A DNA stretch of 64,000 nt, taken from positions 143,284,001-143,348,000 of the forward strand of contig CM059431.1 in assembly GCA_030390025.1 (NCBI GenBank). Reading direction: 5' to 3'. The stretch is from Squalus acanthias. Lineage: Eukaryota. Below are positions 53,630 through 64,000 of the stretch, piece by piece. Both the position numbers and the translations under genes were made by a program. The notes beneath the pieces were generated by a model. The model ran no database searches. It saw nothing but the letters and a program-made list of their open reading frames with translations, and was not told the DNA's origin. The first letter of the stretch is position 1; each line of letters starts with the position of its first letter.

Positions 53630-55800
53630 CTAAAACCGTGGTCAAATGAATAGGTTTTAAGGAGCGTCTTAAAGGAGGAGAGAGGTGGAGAGCTTTAGGC
53701 AGGTAATGCCAGAGTTTGACATTAAAAAGCAAACCTCGCCATCTCTACTCTTGTAAGGCAGTAACTGCACATTATTGGACTTGTAGAGCTGGGGAGTTTA
53801 CAGAGATAGGGAGGAGCGAGGCAATGATGGAGAATTTTCAAATCGTGACATTTCTGGACCGGGAGCCAGTGCAGGTCAGCGAGCACATGGTTGACCTGTG
53901 ATTCGGAGTTAGTGCGAGTTAGGTTACATAGCAGAGTTTTGTATGAGCTCATGTTTATGGAGAGTGCAGGTTGTGAGGCAGTTCAGGAGAGCTTTGGCTA
54001 AGACAAGTCTGAACGTGATGCAGTTGTGGATGAGGATTTTGTGCTAGATGGAGCGGAGCTGATCGATGTGACACAGTCTTTGTAATGGACAGGATCTGGG
54101 GACAGAAGCTCAGCTCGGGGTCCAACAGGACAGTGAGGTAGACAACAGTCTGGTACAACCTGAGACAATGGCCAGGGAGGGAGATGGAATCAGCGGCTAG
54201 TGAATGGAGTTTGTGCGGGGACCACAGACAATGTTTAATTGAAGGAAATTGTTGTTCATCCAGGACTGGATACCAGACACGCGGTTTGACAACAGATGCA
54301 ATGGACTGGTTGAGAGAGGTGGTGGTCAGCTAGAGTTGTGTGACATCAGCTTATATGTGGAATCTGACATTGTGGGCCCGAACATCGGGTCGGAGGCATC
54401 CAGCGGGTGCAAGCCCCCGAACTGCACTTACCTAGCGCGCCTTCCGTTGTGCAGTGGGCCCGTGTGGGATTCCGATCCTGGGTCTCCTGCAGCTGCCGGT
54501 GCGCAGTGCTTGCGTATCCCAGGGGCGCAGTCAGTTCGAAGCGTCCCCTGGGATCACGTGGGCCATGGAGAGCCAATCGGAGCAGGGAATCTCCATTCAT
54601 ACATTTGACAGGAACACCAGTCAAATCTATGAATAGAGATCGGCCCCAAAACCTAACTAAAACTTCAAATATTTTTTTTTTTTTAAATAACATTTTTGAA
54701 ATAATTATAAATTACATAAATTAACTATTTTAAATAAAAATTTAAATTTTTGAAAAATTAATTACAGTTTTTAACGGGGCTAAAAATAAACTTACCTTTC
54801 TTTAAAGTATTTAAAATAAAGCTGTGGAAAAAATGTTTCAATTTTACTTAATTCACCACTTACCTTGTTAAAAACAGGCCTTGCGCCTGCTTTTTCAATG
54901 CGCAGCTGCTCGGGACTTACCTTCACGGAGAAACCTGAAAAGAACCTGGAAGTTCGATGCGTACGTGCAGCCTCTCCGGCGCACACGTTTGACCTCCGAA
55001 CCCCTTCCTTCAAGGGAACGGAAGTTCTGATTTCTAGCGCATGTGCAGTGCATGCGCGAATTCGGCACCTTCGTTGAGTCTACGGGTGAGTACACAGCAC
55101 GAACTCACCGGTGGAGACCCCAATTTCTGGCCCTGTGTTTCTGAATGATGATGCCGAAGGCAGCATGTAAATGAAAAACAGAAGGGGGGCGATGATAGTT
55201 TCCTGGGGGGCTCCAGTCATCACGGTGCGGGATCGGGAAGAGAAGGTATTGCAGCATATTCTCTGGTTCTGACTGCGGTGGTAACAATGGAAACAGGCGA
55301 GGGCAGTCCCACAGAGCTCAATAATGGAGGAATGGATTGGAGGAGGATGGTGTGGTCAACCGTGTTGAAAGGGAAAGAATGAGGAGGGGTAGTGCATCAC
55401 AGTCACACATAGGATATCATTTGTGACTTTAATTAGGGTCATTTCAGTGCTGCGCCAGAGGCGGGAAACAGATTGGAGAGGTTCACATATGGAGTTTTGG
55501 GAAAGATGGGCACGGATTTGGGAGACGACAACATGTTCAAGGACTTTGGAGAGGAATTGGTGGTTTGAGATGGTGGGGTAGTTTGTAAAGATAGAGGGAT
55601 CAGGGGTGGATTTGTTAGGAAGGGTTGATGACGGCAGATTTGGAAGGGTGTTGAACAGTACCGGAGCAGAGGGAACCGTTCACAATATCAGCCAGCATGG
55701 GGGCCAGGGAGGGAAGGGGATGGTCAGCAATGTAGTGGGAAGAGGGTCGAGAGAGTCAGAGCTGGGTCTCATGGACAAGATGAGCTCGGAGATGGCATGA
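53630..55800 (-). mobile_element. Old L2 LINE, split by a MITE
   Basis: VLADLHWLPV and LAPPYL motifs. The RT sequence is contiguous across 54373/55137. Confidence 0.75.
54374..55133. mobile_element. MITE with 3-bp TSD (PIF/Harbinger-like)
   Basis: Termini gggcccgaa...tttctggccc flanked by TGT (54371-54373 / 55134-55136). Confidence 0.8.
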
Positions 55801-55809
55801 CTGGAAATA

Positions 55810-56205
55810 GCGGAATAATGGGAAATTGAGGAGAATACAGTAACTGTTCAATTACAAATATAGTACAGAGGAATGTAGGGGAACAGCAACTGTTTAAATA
55901 GAAATAGAGGACTGGGAAACTTAGGGTAATACAGTGACTGTTTAAATAGAAATAGAGAACATTGGAAGTAAGTGGAACACAGTAACTGTTTAATTAGAAC
56001 CAGAGGACAGGGGATGAATGGGGAACATGCTAACTGTTTAGTTAGATATAGCGGACAGGACGATTTAGGGGAAAACAACAACTGTTTAAATAGAAATAGC
56101 GGACTGGGGAATTTAGCGGAACACAGTAAGTGTCTAATTGGAAACAGAGAACAGGGAAAGAAAGAGGAACACTAACTTTTTAATTAGCAATAGAGGACAG
56201 AAATA
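55810..56205. repeat. Degenerate ~45-bp minisatellite (~8 units)
   Basis: Recurrent gaacacagtaactgtttaaatagaaatagaggac. Confidence 0.8.
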
Positions 56206-58640
56206 GGGGACTCCAAATATCCTAATATAGACTGGGACAGTAATAGTGTAAAGGGCAGAGAGGGGGAAGGATTTCTGAAGTGTGTTCAGGAGAACTTTCT
56301 TGATCAATATGTTTTCCGGCCCAACAAGGAAGAAGGCATTGCTTGATCTGGCTCTGGGGAATGAGGTGGGTCAAGTGGAGCAAGTGTCAGCAGGGGAACA
56401 TTTAGGGAAAATTATCATAGAATCATAAGGTTTAGATTAGCTATGGAAAAGGACAAGGAGCAATCTAGAGTGAAATACTTAATTGGTGAAAGGCCACTTT
56501 CAGTGGGTTTAGAACGGATCTGGCCTGTGTAAATTAGAATCAAAGACTTGCAGGCAAAACTATATTCGAACAATGGGCTGCCTTTAAAGAAGAGATGGTT
56601 TGGGTACAGTCGAGGTACATTCCCACGAGGGGAAAAGGTAGGGCAACAAAAGCCAGAGCTCCCTGGATGACGAAAGAGATAGAAAGAACATGAAGCAGAA
56701 AAAGGGGGCGTATGACAGATGTCTAGTTGAGTATACAAGTGAGAACCAGGTTGAATATAGAAAGTTCAGAGGGGAAGTGAAAAAGAAAAGAAGAGGGGCA
56801 AAGAGAGAGTATGATAATACACTGGCATCTAAAACAAAATGGAATCCAAATGTCTTCTATAGGTATACCAAAAATAAACAGCTAGTAAGAGGAGGGGTGG
56901 GGCCGAGTAGGGATCAAAAAGGGCACCTACACATGGAGGCAGCGGGCATGGCTGAGGTACTAAATGAATACTTTGCATCTGTCTTTACCAAGGAAGAAGA
57001 TGCTGCAAATTCATAGAGAAAGAGGAGATACTGGATGGGATAAAAATTTAGAAAGAGGAGGTACTAGAACGGCTGGCTGGACTTAAAGTAGATAAGTCAA
57101 CAGGGCCCGATGGGATGCATCCTAGAATGCTGAGGGAAGTAAAGGTGGAAATTGCAGAGGTACTGGCCATAATCTTCCAATCCTCTGTGGTGCCAGAGGA
57201 CTGGAGAATTGCAATTGTTAAACCCTTGTTCAAAAAAGGATGTAAGGATAAACTCAGCAACTACAGGCCAGTCAGATTAACCTCGGTAGAGGGGAAGCTT
57301 TTAGAAACGATGATCCGGGACAAAATTAACAGTCAGTTGGACAAGTGTGAATGAATTAAGAGCCAGCACCGATTTGTTAAGAGAAAATGGTGTTTAGCTA
57401 ACTTGCTTGTGTTTTTTGATCCGGTTGCAGAGTGGGTTGATGAGGGCAATGCAGTTTATGTGGTGTTTATGGACTTCAAAAAGGCATTTGATAAAGTGCC
57501 AGAAAATCGGATTGCCAGCAAAGTTAATGGCCATGAAATTAAAGGGACAGTGACAGCATGGATACGAAATTGGCTAAGTGACAGGAAACAGACAGTAGTG
57601 GTGAACGGTTGTTTTTTGGACTGCAGGAACATACACAGTGGTGTTCCCCAGGGGTCGGTACCAGGACCAATGCTTTACTAGATATCTATTAATGACTTGG
57701 ACTTGTGTGTACAGGGCACAATTTGAAAACGTGCAGATGAAACAAAACCTCGAAGTACAGTGAACAGTGAGGAGGAGAGTGATAGACTTCAGGAAGACAT
57801 ACAGGCTGGTGAAATGGGCGGACATGTGGTAGATGAAATTTAACGTAGAAAATTGTGAAGTGATACATTTTGGTAGGAAGGATGAGGAGAGGCAATATAA
57901 ACTAAAGGGTACAATTCTAAAGGGGGTGCAGGAACAGAGAGACCTGGGGATATATGTGCACAAATCGTTGAAGGTGGCAGGGCAGGTTGAGAAAGTGTTT
58001 AAAACAGCAAACGGGATCCTGGGCTTCATAAATAGAGGCATAGAGTACAAAAGCAAGGAAGTTATGATGAACCAGAATATAACAGTGTTCCGACCTCAAC
58101 TGGAGTATTGTGTTCAATTCCTGGTACCATACTTTAGGAAGGATGTGAAGGCCTTAGAGAGGGTGCAGAAAATATTTAGAAGAATGGTTCCAGGGATGAG
58201 GGACTACAGTTACGTGGATAGACTGGATAAGCTGGGGTTCTTCTCCTTAGAGCAGAGAAGGTTGAGAGGAGATTTGATAGAAGTGTTCAAAATCATGCGG
58301 GGCCTAGACAGAGCAGATAGAGAGAAACTGTTCCCATTGGCGGAAAGTTCCAGATCCACAGGACACAGATTTAAGGTGATTGGCAGAAGAACCAAAGGCG
58401 ACATGAGGAAAAACTTTTTTTATGCAGCGAGTGGTTAGGATCTGGAATGCACTGTCTGAAAGTGTGGTGGAGGCGGATTCAATCGTGGCTTTCAAAAGAG
58501 AATTGGATAATTACGTGAATGAAAAAAAAATCAGGGCTACTGGGAAGGGTGGGGGATTGGCTGAAGTTCTCTTGCAGAAAGCCGGCACGGGCTCGACGGG
58601 CCGAATGGCCTCCTGCTGTGCCGCAAATGTTTATGATTGT
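56205..58640 (+). mobile_element. CR1 LINE, ~2.4 kb, inactivated
   Basis: EN C-terminus, LNEYFASVFT, NYRPVRLTS, DFKKAFDKVP, RPQLEYCVQF, and a 3' UTR. Confidence 0.93.
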
Positions 58641-58647
58641 AGAACTA

Positions 58648-58745
58648 CCCTTTGTAATGGAATAGCACTTTGCAATATAACACTACTTTGCAATGGAATA
58701 TTACTTTTGAATATAATAGTCCTTTGTAATGGAATAGCGCTTTGC
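58648..58745. repeat. ~18-bp degenerate tandem repeat (5-6 units)
   Basis: Variants of ctttgcaatggaatagca. Confidence 0.75.
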
Positions 58746-59089
58746 GGTGGATTGTCACTTTAAATGGGCGCGCAGCTTGTGTTGCAGAGTGGGGTCCTGC
58801 CCGCCTGCTGTGTGTGGTCATTGACTGGAGCCGCTGACAGGCTGTGCTGCTGCTCACAGACACACCCCGGCAGGGCAGGCAGCACATGGTGCAGGAAGTA
58901 AGGAAGGAAGGAATGTTGGCTGCAGCTCGCCACCTCGGCTCCTGTGTGTGTGAGTGAGTGAGTGAGTGAGTGTCGATCTCAGGACCACAAGGAACTGACG
59001 AAGGGGCTGGGGGATTGCAGGGGGTGAACAGGCATGTAGGGGGTGATCGACGCCCCAGGAGATGGGCCGAGGGAGGGAGGTTGGGAGTG

Positions 59090-62000
59090 AGGGCGAAAAG
59101 AAGAAAATACAATCAAGAATAAGTAATAATAATAACATATATATTTTACTTCAGCAAAGGAAATATCTGTCTGTCTGTGATTTGAGTGGAGTGGAATAAA
59201 TGGAAATATCACACAGCAGCTTTTGCTCTGAATACACCCCAAGCTAATTCCCCAATAAAGCCCAGCCCAGAAAAAATCAAATAGATTTATTATTCTGCAA
59301 ATAATAAAAAAATAAACATAATATATATACTTGGTGTTTACAAAAGTCTTGACTTGGTTTGGTTGGGTTGGGAATTAAAGGGAGAGTAAGATCCCACAGT
59401 AGGATATGCTCTGAAACACCCCACAAACATTCCCCGATAAAGTCCAGTCCAATGTAAAATCAAATGGCTTGATGTATATATGTAGCTTTGATTTTTACAA
59501 AAGTCTTGAAAGAAAGGCAAAGTAAGATCCCACAGCAGTACGGTCTGGAATGAAATCAGTATGATCTAATGGTGTTTACTTTTTGTTTTTTTCAGACATG
59601 AGATGCAGTACCAATGCACACGGCAGGTAACTTGAACTCGGACACGCCCTGCTGTCTGTGTCTCTCTCTCTCAAACAAATACACACAGGCCAGCCTGCAA
59701 AATTACCACACAACACTGTCAGCAATGAAAGAAAGGTGATTTCTCTTATTGCCCTGCTGTGTTTGGCAGATTAAAAGCAAAAAAGACACTTTTCAGTATC
59801 TGATCTTTTCATTTTGCGATCTACAGAAACAGGCTTTCTATTCTGCATCAAAACCAAAATATAGTGGATGCTGGAAATCTGAAATTAAAACAGAAAATGC
59901 TGGAAATAATCAGCAGGTCAGGCAGCATCTGTGGAGAGAGAAACAGAGTTAACGTTTCAGCTCGATGACCTTTCATCAGATTCTGGCAAAGTTCTGACGA
60001 AAGGTCATCGACCTGAAACGTTAACTCTGTTTCTCTCTCTCTCCACAGATGCTGCCTGACCTGCTGAGCAATTCCAGCATTTTCTGTTTTTTTTTCTATT
60101 CTGCGTGTTGTGTTGATTTCATGTGTCTCTCTCATTGCCAGCCTGCCTTGTCTGGATTTGAGTGGAGTAGAATAAAAAGAATGCTCAGATCCCAGAGCAG
60201 CTTTTACTGTCAGACAGTCCACAAAGACATTTTTCAGTATCTCACTGACTGACTGTCTGTCTTGAAGTGAAGTGAAGTGAAATAAAGTGTAATAAAGTGA
60301 TACACAGCAGCATTACATGAGGACCAGGCCAGAAGGAAATCAATAGAGATTAATACAACAGCAGATTATAAGACACCAGACCACATCTCACACAAATACG
60401 TCCTTTTGCTCTCTCTCTCGCAAACACACACACACACACCCAGGCCAGCCTGCAGAGGAATTGCTGCCGTGTTGGAAAATTAAAATCAAAGTGACACTTT
60501 TCAGTATCTTATCTTTTCACTTTGTGGCAAAAAAACAGGCTTTCTAATCTGCATCCAGCCTTTGATTTCATGTCTCTCTCTCTCTCACTGTCTGTCTGTC
60601 TGTCTCCCACTCACACACTCTCCCTCCAACCCACATTGAACTAAAATTAACAGTGACATGACACACAGACTCACACAGACTCTGAAATTTTCACAAACAC
60701 AGACACCCACACACATACAGACACACTCACACATACTCTGTAATTAGCAGAAACACAGACACCCACGCACATACAGACACACTCACACAGACTCTGCAAT
60801 TTGCAGATACTCACACTCACACACATACATCCACTTTGAAAGGGATGCAGCCTTGGAGTGCCAATTTTTGATGAGGTCCCTTCCTGGCTGTGCGGCAATG
60901 CTTGATGAGGGCAATCCAATAGGAAGAAGTGAAGCCGAGGCCCCAGAAATCTAGGCCCCCGAAAGGAAATGAAAGCCCTGGAGAGTGAAAAGAAGTAAAT
61001 ACAATAAGGAATAAATAATATATACTTTACTTTTGTTAACTTAATGTCTGTCTGTGATTTGCATGGAGAGGAATAAAATGAATGGAAAGATCCCACAGCA
61101 TGTTTTGCTCTGAAAACACCCCAAGCAAATTCCCCAATAAAGCCCACTGCAGAAAAAAATTAAATAGATTATTCTGAAAAGAATTAAAAAATATATTATA
61201 TATTTACTTTGTTTTTACAAAAGTCTTGTCTTGTTTGGGTTGGGCTGAAGGGGAGAGTAAGACACCACAGCAGGATATGCCATGAAACACTCCACAAACA
61301 TTCCCCGTTAAAGTCCATTCCAGAAAAATATCAAATGGATTGATGTATATATGTAGCCTTGCTTTTTACAAAATTCTTGAAAGAAAGGCAAAGTAAGATC
61401 CCACAGCAGTGCAGTCTGGAATGAAATCAGCATGATCTAATGGTATTTACTTTCTGTTTTTTTCAGATATGAGATGCAGTACCAATGAACATGGCAGGGA
61501 ACTTGAACACAGACAAGCCCTGCATACACAGCACCTTAGCTGTCTGTCTGTCTCTCTCTCTCTCTCTCACACACACACAAACCTGCCTGCAAAATTGCCA
61601 CAAAACACTGTCAGCAATGAAAGAAAGTTAATGTCTATCATTCCTCTGCTGTGTTCGGCAGTTTAAAAGCAAACAGGCACTTTTCAGTATCTTATCATTT
61701 CATTTTGCGGCCTACAGAAACAGGCTTTCTATTCTGCATTAAAAGCAAATGCTGTGGATGTGGGAAATCTGAAATAAAAACAGAAAATGCTGGAAATACT
61801 CAGCAGGTCAAGCAGCATCTGTGGAGAGAGAGAAACAGAGTTAATGTTTCAGATCAATGACCTTTCGTCAGATTCTGGCAAGGTTCTGAGGAAAGATCAT
61901 TGAGCTGAAACGTTAACTCTGTTTCTCTCTCTCCACAGATGCTGCCTGATCTGCTGAGTATTTCCAGCATTTCTGTTGTTATTTCTATTCTGCATGTTGT

Positions 62001-64000
62001 CTTGATTTCATATGTCTCTCTCACTGCCTGCCTGCCTTGTCTTGATTTGAGTGTAGTGGAATAAAAATAATGCAAATATCCCAGAGCAGTTGTTACTGTC
62101 AGACAGTCCACAAATACATTTATCAATATCTCATTGACTGACTGTCTGTCCTGAAGTGAAGTGAAATGAAATAAACTGCAATAAAGTGATGCACAACAGC
62201 ATTACATGTGGACCAGGCCAGAATGAAATCACTAGGATTTAGTACAACAACAGCAGGTAATAAGACACCAGACCACATTTCACAGAAACACCAGCTTTTG
62301 CCCTCTCTCTCTCACACACACTCTCGCAGCCTGGCCAGCCTGCAGAGGGATGACTGCCGTGTTGGAAGATTAAAACCAAAACGACACTTTTTAGTATGTT
62401 ATCTTTTCACTTTGTGGCCTACAGAAACAGGTTTTCTACTCTGCAACTTGCCTTTTGATTTCATGTCTCTCTCTCTCACTGACTGTGTCTGTCTCTCTCT
62501 CACTCACACAGTCTCCCTCCCACCCACATTGAACTAAAATTTACAGTAACATGACACACAGACTCACACACACTCTGCAATTTGCAGACACACAGACACC
62601 CATTCACATACAGACACACTCACACAGACTCTGCAATTTGCCGACACACAGATACCCACGCATATACAGACACACTCACACAGACTCTGCAATTTGCAGA
62701 AACTCACACACAGTCATCCATTTTGAAAGATGTGCAGCCTAGGTTTGTCAACTTTTGATGATGTCACTTCCTGGCTGTGCGACCATGTTTGATGAGGGCA
62801 ATCCAACAGGAAGAAGAGAAGCTGAGGCCCCAGAAATCCGGGTCCCCGAGAGGAAATGAAAGCCCAGGAGAGTGAAAAGAAGTAAATACAATCAGGAATT
62901 AATAATATATATACTTTACTTTTGTTAACAAAATGACTGTGTGTCTGTGATTTGCGTGGAGTGGAATAAAATGAATGGAAAGATCCCACAGCAGCTTTTA
63001 CTCTGAAAACATCCCAAGCACATTCCCCTATAAAGTCCACTCCAGAAAAAAATCAAATGGATTATTCTGAAAATAGTTTTTAAAAATATATAATATACAT
63101 ACTTTGTTTTTACAATAGTCTTGACTTGTTTTGGTTGGGATAAAGGGTAGTGTAAGATCTCACAGCAGGATATGCCATGAAACACTCCACAAACATTCCC
63201 CTAATAAAGTCCAGTCTCTAAAAATATCAAATGGCTTGATGTATATATGTAGCCTTGCTTTTTACAAAATTCTTGAAAGGCATAGTAAGATCCCACAGCA
63301 GTGCGGACTGGAATGAAATCTTCATGGTCTAATGGTGTTTACTTTCTGTTTTAATCAGAAATGATATGCAGTACCAATGCACACGGCAGGTAACTTGAAC
63401 ACAGACAAGCCCTGCATACACACCAGCTTTTGCTCTCTCTCTCTCTCTCTCTCTTTCTCACACACACACACACACACACACACAGTCCTTCCTCCAAAAT
63501 TGCCAAAAACACTAGCAGCAGTGAAAGAAAGTTGATTTCTATCATTCCTCTGCTATGTTTGGCAGTTCAAAAGCAAACAGACACCTCTCAGTATCTTATC
63601 TTTTCCTTTTGCGGCCTACAGAAACAGGCTTTCTATTCTGCATCAAAAGCAAATGCTGTGGATGTGGGAAATCTGAAATAAAAACAGAAAATGTTGGAAA
63701 TACGCAGCAGGTCAGGCAGCATCTGTGGAGAGAGAGAGACCTTTCATCAGATTCTGACAAGGTTCTGACGAAAGGTCATTGAGCTGAAACGTTAACTGTT
63801 TCTCTCTCTCTCTCCACAGATGCTGCCTGATCTGCTGAGTATTTCCAGCATTTCTGTTGTTATTTCTATTCTGCATGTTGTCTTGATTTCATGTGTCTCT
63901 CTCACTGCCTGCCTGCCTTGTCTTGATTTGAGTGGAGTGGAATACAAAGAATGCAAATTTCCAGAGCAGCTTTTACTGTCAGACAGTCCACGGAGACATT
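59090..64000. repeat. ~1.9-kb tandem macrosatellite, >2.5 units, running off the window
   Basis: Anchor agatcccacagcag...tggaatgaaatc at ~59525, ~61396 and ~63289. Internal sub-duplications within each unit. Confidence 0.93.
59887..60090. ncRNA. Palindromic element with minimal hammerhead ribozyme cores on both strands (also ~61772-61985 and ~63675-63866)
   Basis: ~93-bp inverted arms. Plus core CTGACGA-a-aggtc-atc-gacct-GAAA-cgtta at 59994-60023. Minus core CTGATGA...GAAA at 59950-59979. Activity not shown. Confidence 0.6.

Noticed and set aside
60671..61147. 158-aa ORF or exon-like segment in the macrosatellite
   Set aside because: It runs through microsatellite, and the acceptor AG and ORF length are not preserved in the next unit.

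Overview
Eukaryotic, repeat-dense genomic DNA, almost certainly from a cartilaginous fish (shark). The attribution rests on the CR1, L2, RTE, Deu-domain SINE and 67-bp satellite families and on a GPR139-like receptor. Only one intact host gene is supportable: a two-exon GPR139/GPR142-like GPCR on the minus strand (13174-13105 + 12658-11739, 329 aa). The rest is transposon debris. Most notable: (1) two different pol-deleted endogenous retrovirus-like elements (4692-9602 and 19063-~25170) with homologous envelope genes that look like F-type fusion proteins (lokiretrovirus-like), one also carrying a candidate spliced accessory ORF; (2) a GC-rich CsRn1/Kabuki-clade Gypsy element; (3) a repeated promoter-like cassette interleaved with a 67-bp satellite and present as an old inverted duplication; (4) minimal hammerhead-ribozyme motifs, both as a 110-bp insertion with a 12-bp TSD and as back-to-back palindromes in a ~1.9-kb tandem macrosatellite at the end of the window. 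TE boundaries are approximate unless a TSD or terminal dinucleotide is quoted. Family names come from motif recognition, not from database searches.
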